NCBI GenBank assembly: GCA_965214565.1
Contig: OZ243951.1
Span: 2,579,166 to 2,643,165 of the forward strand
Length of the DNA stretch: 64,000 nucleotides
Reading direction: 5' to 3'
Origin: Candidatus Aldehydirespiratoraceae bacterium
GTDB lineage: Bacteria; Actinomycetota; Acidimicrobiia; Acidimicrobiales; Aldehydirespiratoraceae
Under the pieces are notes generated by a model. It made no database searches and was not told the DNA's origin. It saw only the letters and a program-made list of their open reading frames with translations. This document shows, piece by piece, positions 40,693 to 49,675 of the stretch. A program made the position numbers and the translations under genes. The number at the start of each line of letters is the position of its first letter. The first letter of the stretch is position 1.

Positions 40693-41961
40693 ATGACTGA
40701 ATTCTCAACAGATGCCGCAAGGGCCCTGGCTGGCCCGTCGTGGCTCGTTGATCGCCGCGTGAGCGCAGCAGAGGACTTCGCCGCGGCGGTACCGCCGGAC
40801 GTGGCCGACGAGGAGTGGCGCTACAGCGCAATCCGGGAGTTTGACCTTTCTGAGTTCGTTCCCTCATCGCAGACCGGCCCCGCTCCGACGCCTGATTTCG
40901 AGCTTGACTCGTCTGCTGTGGTCCGCAGCGTCAACGGGCGGATCGTCTCGGTCGAGTCGGCCGATGAACTCAGTGCCGCCGGTGTCTATGTGGGTCCGCT
41001 CGCAGGTTCTGAGCAGGGACCCGACCTGCTGGGGGCGGTGGGCAGCGAGGCGGCGGGCTACTTCACGATCCTCAATGACGCCTTCGTGGCAGACCCGGTG
41101 CTGATTCGAGTGCCACCGGGCGTTGTACTGCGCAAGCCGATCGTGGTGACGCATTATCTGACCGGTTCCGGGGCCGCCGCGTTCCCTCGGTTAGTTGTCG
41201 ACATCGGTGCCGATTCGCAGGCCGAAGTGCTTGATCACCACACATCCGACAGCGGCCCTCTGCTGGTCTGCCCGGTGACCGAGTTAGACGTGTCGCCTGC
41301 GGGCCGGCTCGGATACTTGAACGTGCAACAGCTCGGTTCAAACACCTGGCAGTTCTGCTCGCAGTTGGGGAGGGTTGGGCGCGACGCCAGGCTGACGGTC
41401 TCCACAGCGGCTTTCGGCGGCGGCTATGCCCGGACGCGGTCCGATGTGCGCCTGGTGGGCCGCGGTGCCGATTGCGACCTCTCGGCGCTGTACTTCGGTG
41501 ACGGTCGACAGGGACTCGATTTTCGAACCTATCAGGATCATGTCGCTGCGGACACGACCTCCAATCTGCTCTACAAGGGTGTGGTGAGTGAAGAGTCCCG
41601 CAGCATCTACACAGGTCTGATCCGGGTGCGTCCCGATGCTCGCGGAACCAACGCCTTCCAGACCAACCGCAACCTGAAACTCGGCGATGACGCTTGGGTT
41701 GAGTCGGTCCCGAACCTTGAGATCGAGAACAACGATGTGCGCTGCAGCCATGCATCCGCGGTGGGCCCTGTCGATGAGGAGCAGCGGTTCTACCTGGAGA
41801 GCCGCGGCGTTCCCGCCGGTGAGGCGGAGAGTCTGATCGTGGCCGGGTTCCTGGGCGAGGTGCTAGAGACGTTGCCCGTGCGTGCCGCGCATGAGACGCT
41901 CAGGTCTGCGATAGACGCCAAACTGAGCCGCCAGAGGCGATCCGAGGGGGCCGCGTCGTGA
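40693..41961 (+). CDS. sufD: Fe-S cluster assembly protein SufD
   Basis: ...LLYKGV....S..IYTGLIRV...A.GTNAFQTNRNL.L......S.P.LEI..NDV.CSHAS.VG... Confidence 0.9.
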   Translation: MTEFSTDAARALAGPSWLVDRRVSAAEDFAAAVPPDVADEEWRYSAIREFDLSEFVPSSQTGPAPTPDFELDSSAVVRSVNGRIVSVESADELSAAGVYVGPLAGSEQGPDLLGAVGSEAAGYFTILNDAFVADPVLIRVPPGVVLRKPIVVTHYLTGSGAAAFPRLVVDIGADSQAEVLDHHTSDSGPLLVCPVTELDVSPAGRLGYLNVQQLGSNTWQFCSQLGRVGRDARLTVSTAAFGGGYARTRSDVRLVGRGADCDLSALYFGDGRQGLDFRTYQDHVAADTTSNLLYKGVVSEESRSIYTGLIRVRPDARGTNAFQTNRNLKLGDDAWVESVPNLEIENNDVRCSHASAVGPVDEEQRFYLESRGVPAGEAESLIVAGFLGEVLETLPVRAAHETLRSAIDAKLSRQRRSEGAAS

Positions 41962-42347
41962 GCGTTCACGTGTTGTTTCCCCTGGTCGAGCTTGAAGCGG
42001 GCACGGCGCGCAAGGTGGAATTGGAGGGGTATCAGATCTCGCTTGTGCGGATCGATGACGACGTGTATGCCATCGGCGACATCTGCAGTCACGAGGACGT
42101 CTCTTTGTCCGAGGGCTATGTCGACACCGAGGAGTGTCTGCTCGAGTGTTGGCGCCACGGGGCGATGTTCAACCTGAAGACTGGCGATGCCGAAACCCTG
42201 CCGGCGATCCGTCCTGTACCGGTGTATGACGTGTCGGTCGTCGACGGAATGATACAGCTGGTGATCGATGAGGGGTCCGAACCTGCGGTGAAGACACGAG
42301 GGCCCGCGACTTCGTACCAGGCGAATGGGGGGCGTGGCGATGAGTGA
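41958..42347 (+). CDS. Rieske [2Fe-2S] ferredoxin-like protein
   Basis: CSHEDVSLSEG...CWRHGAMF (CxH...CxxH); the usual actinobacterial suf-operon member. Confidence 0.85.
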   Translation: MSVHVLFPLVELEAGTARKVELEGYQISLVRIDDDVYAIGDICSHEDVSLSEGYVDTEECLLECWRHGAMFNLKTGDAETLPAIRPVPVYDVSVVDGMIQLVIDEGSEPAVKTRGPATSYQANGGRGDE

Positions 42348-43155
42348 ACTCGTGATCGAGGGCCTGCGGGCCCGGGTAGGTGGACAGGAGATTCTCAAGG
42401 GCGTCGATCTGGCGATGGCTTCGGGAGAAGTCCACGCGGTGATGGGTCCCAACGGGTCGGGAAAGTCGACTTTGGCCCACGTACTGGCGGGCCGTCCCGG
42501 GTTCGAGGTGCTCGGCGGCTCGGCACGGCTCGACGGCGTCGAGCTGTTGGATCTGCCGGCTTGGGAGCGAGCCCAGGCGGGTCTGTTCCTGGCGATGCAG
42601 TATCCGACGGAGGTTCCCGGAGTAGCGCTCGCCGACCTGCTGCGAGCGTCGGTGAGCAGCAGCGACGATGCCGATGAGATCGAATCGTCGATGCGCGTCG
42701 AGGCCGAGCGCATTGGTTTCGACGAGAAGTTCCTAGCAAGGCCGCTCAACGTCGATCTCTCCGGTGGTGAGAAGAAGCGCAATGAGACGCTCCAACTCGG
42801 AGTGCTGCGTCCCCGTTTCGCGATCCTAGACGAACTTGACTCGGGCCTCGACTTCGACGCCTTGCGCTTGGTCGGTGCACGGGTTGAGGCAGCGACGGAG
42901 GAAGACTCCGTGGGGGTGCTTGCCATCACCCACTACAGCCGCTTGTTCGAGCAGCTCCGGCCCGACACCGTGCATGTCTTTGCCGGGGGACGGATTCAAC
43001 AGACCGGTGGCGCCGAGTTGGCTCAAGAGTTGGAGGACACCGGTTACGAACGTTGGAGTGATGCGTCGCCGGCCGTCGCATCGTCGGCAACACTGCGCGC
43101 GGAACCTTCCGCCGAAGGCCCCTTGGCGGATCCGTTCGCCGATCCGCTCGCTTGA
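42343..43155 (+). CDS. sufC: Fe-S cluster assembly ATPase SufC, copy 1, with C-terminal Ala/Pro-rich tail
   Basis: GPNGSGKST...LSGGEKKRNE...AILDELDSGLD...AITHY. Confidence 0.9.
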   Translation, partial: SELVIEGLRARVGGQEILKGVDLAMASGEVHAVMGPNGSGKSTLAHVLAGRPGFEVLGGSARLDGVELLDLPAWERAQAGLFLAMQYPTEVPGVALADLLRASVSSSDDADEIESSMRVEAERIGFDEKFLARPLNVDLSGGEKKRNETLQLGVLRPRFAILDELDSGLDFDALRLVGARVEAATEEDSVGVLAITHYSRLFEQLRPDTVHVFAGGRIQQTGGAELAQELEDTGYERWSDASPAVASSATLRAEPSAEGPLADPFADPLA

Positions 43156-43182
43156 ATCGTGTAGCTGGGGCAGACTGCAGCC

Positions 43183-43470
43183 ATGGCTACAACTCTGCTG
43201 AGCGGCGATGAGATTACAGACCTGTTGGCGGAGTTTCCCGAGTGGCGACGTGAGGGCGATCGTCTGTGCCGTTCATACCAGTTCGACGATTTCGTTGAGG
43301 CATTCGGTTTCATGGCCGAAGTCGCGCTCGTCTCAGAAAAGCTGTTCCACCATCCGGAGTGGAGCAACGTCTACAACCGGGTGGACGTTGCCATCACCGA
43401 CCACGCCGCGGGTGGAATATCAGAAAACGACCGCGCCTGGATAAAGCGAGTCGAACGACTCGGCAGGTGA
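43183..43470 (+). CDS. pterin-4-alpha-carbinolamine dehydratase (PCD/DCoH family)
   Basis: ...FDDFVEAFGFM..VAL.SEKL.HHPEWSNVYNRV.V... Confidence 0.85.
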   Translation: MATTLLSGDEITDLLAEFPEWRREGDRLCRSYQFDDFVEAFGFMAEVALVSEKLFHHPEWSNVYNRVDVAITDHAAGGISENDRAWIKRVERLGR

Positions 43471-43498
43471 ATCCTGTCCAACCCGAACGAAGGGGACG

Positions 43499-43981
43499 CT
43501 ATTCGTCGAGCGCTTGGGCGAGGGTGTTCCAGCTCAATGTCGCGCACTTGATCCGTATCGGGAACTTGACCACACCGCGCAGCGCTTCCAGATCGCCGAG
43601 TTGCATGCCGTCCGAGGCGCCCTCGAGGTCTATCCCCAGCGCGGTTTCGCTGCCGTCGCCGCCGATATCGGTTTCGTGGATCGACATGAGTCCCTTGAAG
43701 GCCACGATCAGCTTCCGGGCGTCTTCAACCGTCTTGCCCTTGATCGCCACCGACATCATCGACGCCGATGACTGACTGATGGAACAACCCTGGCCCCCGA
43801 TCGCGACATCGTCGATCACGCCTGTGTCGTCGACTTGCAGGTAGACGATGATCTCGTCACCGCACAACGGGTTGAATCCCTCGGCACGGCGCGCCGGGGG
43901 AGTTTCGAGCTCTCCGCGATTGCGGGGTGTCCGGTAGTGGTCGAGGATGATCTCGCGATAGAGGTCTTCAAGGCCAATCAT
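43499..43981 (-). CDS. sufU: SufU-type Fe-S cluster assembly sulfurtransferase/scaffold
   Basis: ...LYREIILDHYR.PRN.G...NPLCGDE...GQGCSIS.SSASMM...KCATLSWN... Confidence 0.9.
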   Translation of the reverse strand: MIGLEDLYREIILDHYRTPRNRGELETPPARRAEGFNPLCGDEIIVYLQVDDTGVIDDVAIGGQGCSISQSSASMMSVAIKGKTVEDARKLIVAFKGLMSIHETDIGGDGSETALGIDLEGASDGMQLGDLEALRGVVKFPIRIKCATLSWNTLAQALDE

Positions 43982-43992
43982 CTTGTGGTCTC

Positions 43993-45222
43993 CTAGAACG
44001 AGAAGATTTCGTCGACCGCGCTGAGGGCGTCGGCGAGCTTGTCGAGGTCAGACTTGTCGTTGTAGACGTACAGGGAGGCACGCGAGGTGGCACTGGCGCC
44101 GAGCACGTCCATGAGCGGCTTGGCGCAATGGTGTCCTGCGCGCACCGCGATCCCGGACTGGTCGAGTACCTGGGCCACATCGTGGGGGTGCACATCGCCG
44201 TAGGCGAAGGACATCACGCCGCCGCGCTCCGCCGGTTCGGCCGGACCGTGGACGGTGATCTTGTCACCGTGGCGCTCTGTGAGTGTTCGCAGCGCGTATG
44301 CGGTCAGTTCAACCTCGTGTTGGCGGACATTGTCCATGCCGAGATCGCTGAGATAGTCGACGGCTGCACCGAGGCCGACCGCTTCGGCGACCATCGGTGT
44401 TCCTGCCTCGAATTTCCAGGGCACGTCGTTGGTCGTGTAACCGTTCTTGGTGACGTTGAGTATCATCTCTCCTCCGCCGAGGAAGGGCGGCATGGCTTCG
44501 AGGTGTTCGGCGCGGGCCCAGAGCACGCCGATCCCCATCGGTGCGAGCATCTTGTGGCCGGTGAAAACCAGGAAATCCGCGCCGAGCGCCTGCACGTCGG
44601 TGGGTACGTGGGGAACGTACTGGCTGGCGTCGACGACCATCAGCGCTCCGGCGTCGTGAGCCCGTTCTGCCAGTGCGGAGATCGGGTTGAGTGTGCCGAG
44701 CACGTTGCTCATGGCCGTCACCGACAGCAGTTTGGCCCCGTCGAGGAGCCGGTCGAGGTCGCTGAGATCAAGGTGGCCGGACTCATCGACTGGGATCCAA
44801 CGAAGTTCTATGCCTTTTCGGGCTCGCAGCATGTGCCAGGGAACGATGTTGGCGTGGTGTTCCATCTCGCTGATCACCACTGCGTCGCCGGCCTTGAGAC
44901 TGTGCTCACCCAAACAGTGGGCCAGAAGGTTCATCGACTCGGTTGCGTTCTTGGTGAAGACGATCTCGGCGCTCGATTCTGCGTTGATGAAGGCCCCGAC
45001 TTTGGCTCGGGCTCCCTCGAGTGCGTCTGTTGCCCGTACCGCGAGCTCGTAGCTGCCGCGGTGGACGTTGGCGTTGGTCGTCTCGTAGTAGTCGGTCATT
45101 GCGTCGATGACCGCCTGGGGTTTCTGGGAGGTGTTGGCCGAGTCGAGGTAGACGAGCTGTTGGCCGTGGAACTGCTGGTCGAGTAGCGGGAAGTCGGATT
45201 TGACGTTTGAGCGGAGAGTCAT
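43993..45222 (-). CDS. sufS: cysteine desulfurase SufS
   Basis: ...NANVHRG...EHHANIVPW...FTGHKM..P.GIG...RAGHHCA.PL... Confidence 0.93.
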   Translation of the reverse strand: MTLRSNVKSDFPLLDQQFHGQQLVYLDSANTSQKPQAVIDAMTDYYETTNANVHRGSYELAVRATDALEGARAKVGAFINAESSAEIVFTKNATESMNLLAHCLGEHSLKAGDAVVISEMEHHANIVPWHMLRARKGIELRWIPVDESGHLDLSDLDRLLDGAKLLSVTAMSNVLGTLNPISALAERAHDAGALMVVDASQYVPHVPTDVQALGADFLVFTGHKMLAPMGIGVLWARAEHLEAMPPFLGGGEMILNVTKNGYTTNDVPWKFEAGTPMVAEAVGLGAAVDYLSDLGMDNVRQHEVELTAYALRTLTERHGDKITVHGPAEPAERGGVMSFAYGDVHPHDVAQVLDQSGIAVRAGHHCAKPLMDVLGASATSRASLYVYNDKSDLDKLADALSAVDEIFSF

Positions 45223-45225
45223 GTT

Positions 45226-45981
<756 letters not shown>

Positions 45982-46125
45982 GCGTTCCAGTTTACGAGCG
46001 CTGCAAGTTTCGCACTACGGCCATAGGAGAAATTGCCGGAACGGCGGTGACCCGGGTCCGACACCGCAAGGATTCCGGAGCGGGGCCGATTGGACTTGTG
46101 GTGGTGGAGTCGTAGAGTGCAGCGC

Positions 46126-47241
46126 ATGAACTTTGCATTCTCAGAAGAGCAGGACCAGTTGCGTGAGTTCGTCCGCAGCTTCTTGGAAGACAAGTCGCCT
46201 GAAACCTCAGTACGTGAACAGATGGACACCGAGGTCGGCTATGACGACGCAGTCTGGAGTCAGATGGCGGAGCAGATGGGCCTGCAGGCGCTGGCGATTC
46301 CCGAGGAGTACGGCGGCCAGGGATTCGGATTCGTGGAGCAGATCGTGGTGCTCGAGGAGATGGGTCGGGCGCTGCTCTGCGCCCCGTACTTCTCATCGTG
46401 TGTGCTGGCGGCCAACACGCTGCTGCACAGCGGCGACGAGGACGCCAAGAACGCCCACCTTCCAGGAATCGCCTCTGGAGAGACCCGGGCGACGCTCGCA
46501 TTCACCGAGGAGAACGGTCGCTGGGACGAAGACGGCATCACCATGGCGGCATCGAACGACGGTGGTTCGTGGACCCTCGACGGCACGAAGATGTATGTGC
46601 TCGACGGGCACACCGCCAATCTGATCCTGGTCGCGGCCCGCAGCGATGCGGGAGTGTCGCTGTTCAGCGTTGCCGCTGACGCCGACGGCCTCACCCGGAC
46701 CGCGCTGTCGACAATGGACCAGACGCGCAAGCAGGCCAAGCTGGAGTTCGCCGGTGTGGCCGCCGAACTGATCGGTAGCGACGGAGCCGGTTGGGATGTG
46801 TTGGAAACGGTGCTCGACTTGGCCGCGGTGGCCCTCGCGGCAGAACAGGTGGGCGGTGCGCAGATGTGTCTGGACATGTCGGTCGAGTACGCCAAGGTCA
46901 GAGTGCAGTTCGGTCGCCCGATCGGGTCCTTCCAGGCCATCAAGCACAAGTGTGCCGACATGCTCCTCGAAGTCGAGTCGGCCAAGTCAGCCGCCTACTA
47001 CGCGGGCTGGTGCGCGGCTGAGATGAACGATGAGCTGGGCCAGGTTGCTTCCTTGGCTAAGAGCTACTGTTCAGAGGCGTACTTTCATGCCGCCGCGGAG
47101 AACATCCAGATCCACGGTGGCATCGGCTTCACCTGGGAGCATCCCGCCCATCTCTATTTCAAGCGGGCGAAGAGCTCTGAGTTGCTGTTCGGAGACCCGA
47201 CCTACCATCGCGAACTGCTCGCCCAACGCATCGGCATCTGA
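46126..47241 (+). CDS. acyl-CoA dehydrogenase family protein
   Basis: MNFAFSEEQ..LR...R.F......; ...QFGRPIGSFQAIKH.CADM...; ...IHGGIGFTWEH.... Confidence 0.88.
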   Translation: MNFAFSEEQDQLREFVRSFLEDKSPETSVREQMDTEVGYDDAVWSQMAEQMGLQALAIPEEYGGQGFGFVEQIVVLEEMGRALLCAPYFSSCVLAANTLLHSGDEDAKNAHLPGIASGETRATLAFTEENGRWDEDGITMAASNDGGSWTLDGTKMYVLDGHTANLILVAARSDAGVSLFSVAADADGLTRTALSTMDQTRKQAKLEFAGVAAELIGSDGAGWDVLETVLDLAAVALAAEQVGGAQMCLDMSVEYAKVRVQFGRPIGSFQAIKHKCADMLLEVESAKSAAYYAGWCAAEMNDELGQVASLAKSYCSEAYFHAAAENIQIHGGIGFTWEHPAHLYFKRAKSSELLFGDPTYHRELLAQRIGI

Positions 47242-47266
47242 GCGGATACTGGCGGGGTGACGCGGC

Positions 47267-47710
47267 TTGGTCTGGGTCTTCTTCGCAGTCGGTGCGGTAG
47301 CCGTCATCCTGATCGCTCTCGTGGCGGTCGGAAAAGCGGTTGCGGAACTGGAAACCGAACGAAGCCCTGCCGTCTATGACCTCAACGACGCGGTGGAATG
47401 GATCGCCCAACGGCTTCCCGACGAGGTGACAGCCCGGATCTCCTTCGACGACGTCAGGACCCTGCTTCGTTGGCATCTCGACTGGTTCCAGGAGGCAGGT
47501 GTGGCCTCGCGTCATGGTGAGGAACTGGCCACCGATCAGGTCCGAGTCGATGGAGCGGTCGCCCCCCATGATGCAGCGATCGACGCGATCGTGGCCCGTT
47601 CGCTGGCTGTCGGCGGCCCTGAAGCCGTCGACGTGGTCTGCGTGCTCGACCTCCAGATGAAGTATCTGACGGCGATCGGTGCCGTCGGCGACGAGGTCGA
47701 CGACTCGTGA
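47267..47710 (+). CDS. hypothetical protein with one N-terminal transmembrane helix
   Basis: TTG start, hydrophobic N-terminus VWVFFAVGAVAVILIALVAV, GC3-rich frame. No family recognised. Confidence 0.5.
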   Translation: MVWVFFAVGAVAVILIALVAVGKAVAELETERSPAVYDLNDAVEWIAQRLPDEVTARISFDDVRTLLRWHLDWFQEAGVASRHGEELATDQVRVDGAVAPHDAAIDAIVARSLAVGGPEAVDVVCVLDLQMKYLTAIGAVGDEVDDS

Positions 47711-47971
47711 ACCGCAGAAATATCCCACACGACCGACTGCTTTTGTGCTTCACTATTGGCACCAAAGAAAGGAGGTGGTCCCGCAGTGTGTAGAAGATCT
47801 GTGACCTTGGAGGTGGCTGGCCGCTAGAACAGCTGCTGGACCACTGGCGCAAACCAAGCCAGCTCCACCCCTGGGGCTAGGTGGACCGGGAATATGTCAC
47901 GCCTGGTGCGGTGCCGCAAGGTGCCACCACTCCCTGGGATTCCAGCAAACATTGTTTTCGAGAAATACTCA

Positions 47972-48020
47972 AGAACCGTCCTGGGGCTGTCGTGGCCCTG
48001 GGACGGTTCTCTTTTTCTTC
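47972..48020 (+). terminator. strong rho-independent terminator
   Basis: The 16-nt arm AGAACCGTCCTGGGGC (47972-47987) pairs fully with 47995-48010 (two G-U pairs). Loop is TGTCGTG, followed by CTTTTTCTTCC. Confidence 0.8.
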
Positions 48021-48083
48021 CGTGGGAATCGCTGATCACCGTGAATCGCCGATTCCTGTCGTTGCTGCCGCTATGTTTCCTGC

Positions 48084-48275
48084 ATGGAACGACCGGCTCG
48101 ATTTCAAAACAGCCGCTTTCTGGGTGACAAGCGGGTTCAGGTGGTATACGACCTCGACGACGTGGCTGAGACCGCTGTCATCGAAGAACTCGCCAACAGC
48201 GAGCATGCGTTGGCGTTCGGACCCGACACCCTTGCCGAAGCCCGTAACCGCGGCTACCGCTTGCGGTCCGTCTGA
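48084..48275 (+). CDS. possible small protein (63 aa or shorter)
   Basis: High GC3 and protein-like composition from ...VQVVYDLDDVAETAVIEELANSEHALAFGPDTLAEARNRGYRL. No recognisable RBS and no family. Confidence 0.3.
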   Translation: MERPARFQNSRFLGDKRVQVVYDLDDVAETAVIEELANSEHALAFGPDTLAEARNRGYRLRSV

Positions 48276-48294
48276 CTAGCGGGTTGCCGGACTA

Positions 48295-49065
48295 GTGGAC
48301 AGGAGCTTCACGGTTGATGGCATCGAGTTGGAAGCCCACCTCGCTCGACCCTCCCAGAATCACAGCACGGCCCAACCAGGGTTGGTGATCGCGCACGGTT
48401 TCCCGGCTGAGGCCGGTGGTGGAATCAACTCGACTTCAAGCTTTCCCGGTCTTGCTGATCGGGTCGCCACTGAATGCGGTTGGGCCGCGCTTGCGTACTC
48501 CAGCCGCGGGATTGCAAAGTCTGGCGGCGATTTCTCGCTGGAGGGCTGGTTGCGGGACCTCAAGGGAGCGATCGCGTTCCTGCGTGAATCAGTGCATTGC
48601 GACGGCGTCTGGCTTCTCGGATTCGGTACGGGCGGCGCTCTGGCGGTCGAGGCCGGCGCCGCGGACGAGACGATCCGAGGCGTCTGCGCCGTGTCGTTGC
48701 CAGCGGACTTCAGCGACTGGGCACGCAGCCCTCGCAAGCTGTTGGTGCTCGCACGCGAGATGGGAGCGATCCGCGACAGCGCCTTTCCAGACGACTTCGG
48801 ATACTGGTCGCAGCAACTGCGTTCCGTGGATGCCAGCGAAGCGGCGACGCGCCTGTCGCCGCGTGAGCTGTTACTGATTCATGGCAGCGAAGATGATGTC
48901 GTGCCGGTGCTCGACACCCGTGCCGTTGCCGACGCGCATGCTTCTGCAGACTTGCGGATCATCGACGGAGCCAGCCATTACCTGCGCCACGACCCCCGTG
49001 CCATCGCGGTGGTCCTCGGCTGGCTGGACCGCCAACGCAACCGACTGCGTTCCGAGTTCGGGTGA
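48295..49065 (+). CDS. alpha/beta hydrolase fold protein
   Basis: ...LVIAHGFP...LLGFGTGGALA...LLIHGSEDDVVP...GASHY... Confidence 0.75.
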   Translation: MDRSFTVDGIELEAHLARPSQNHSTAQPGLVIAHGFPAEAGGGINSTSSFPGLADRVATECGWAALAYSSRGIAKSGGDFSLEGWLRDLKGAIAFLRESVHCDGVWLLGFGTGGALAVEAGAADETIRGVCAVSLPADFSDWARSPRKLLVLAREMGAIRDSAFPDDFGYWSQQLRSVDASEAATRLSPRELLLIHGSEDDVVPVLDTRAVADAHASADLRIIDGASHYLRHDPRAIAVVLGWLDRQRNRLRSEFG

Positions 49066-49096
49066 AGCGCAACCGCCGGCGCGGTTCAGGGCGAAT

Positions 49097-49675
49097 CTAC
49101 TGGCTGTTGATCCGGCGCTTCTCGCGAAGCCTCCCAAGCGCGGTCGGGTCACCGAGGTCGGCGACACTGCGGAGGTCTTCGGTTGCGAAGACTCCGGCAA
49201 CGGCCTCCCAACCGTCCGGTTTGCAGTCGAAACGCTTGGCCAGAATGGCTATGAGAATCTGGGATTTGACCGGGCCGTAGCCGGGTACCGCCAACAATCG
49301 GTCGTAGAGCACGTCCGCGTTGTCCGCATCTTCCCAGATCGAGGCGGCAGCTCCCTGATATTCCTCGACTAGGTGCTCGCACAGTTTGTGGATTCGGCGT
49401 GCCATCATGGCCGGAAAGCGATGGATTGCAGGTTTAGCAGCGGCGAACGCGACCAACTCCTCAGGGTCCATCGCGGCGATCTCGGCGGCGTCGAGTGCGC
49501 CGCCGAGCCTCTGGGCCAGTCGCAGGGGTGAGGCGAAAGCCCACTCGATGGGGATCTGCTGGTCGAGCAGCATGGCGATCATGAGCGCCAGCGGATCGGT
49601 GTTGATCAAATGGTCGGCGTCCGGGTCGCCGCTGACCACGAGCGTGCCGCGGCGGTGCGGGCCGGGCTCAGGCAC
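49097..49675 (-). CDS. HhH-GPD-type base-excision-repair family protein
   Basis: ...LIAMLLDQQI....AF..P..L..RLG.LD...IA....E.L......KPA.HRFP..MA.RI..L...L...Y.G.A..IW...LPG.G..K..I....L. Start trimmed (GTG 49675) because the track ORF overlaps aceE. Confidence 0.6.
   Translation of the reverse strand: MPEPGPHRRGTLVVSGDPDADHLINTDPLALMIAMLLDQQIPIEWAFASPLRLAQRLGGALDAAEIAAMDPEELVAFAAAKPAIHRFPAMMARRIHKLCEHLVEEYQGAAASIWEDADNADVLYDRLLAVPGYGPVKSQILIAILAKRFDCKPDGWEAVAGVFATEDLRSVADLGDPTALGRLREKRRINSQ

Noticed and set aside
47834-47912. ZTP (pfl) riboswitch-like elements: ACUGGCG at about 47842 and CGCCUGG at about 47901, with an ACCGGG/CCUGGU helix.
   Set aside because: I could not reconstruct the full P1/P2/P3 consensus by eye. 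The downstream genes (a small ORF and a hydrolase) are not purine or folate genes. Left as an unclassified structured region.
48295-49065. Alpha/beta hydrolase apparently lacking the nucleophile Ser (GFGTGG where GxSxG is expected).
   Set aside because: The elbow alignment was made by eye only. I cannot exclude a different register or a nucleophile elsewhere, so I am not reporting it as a finding.
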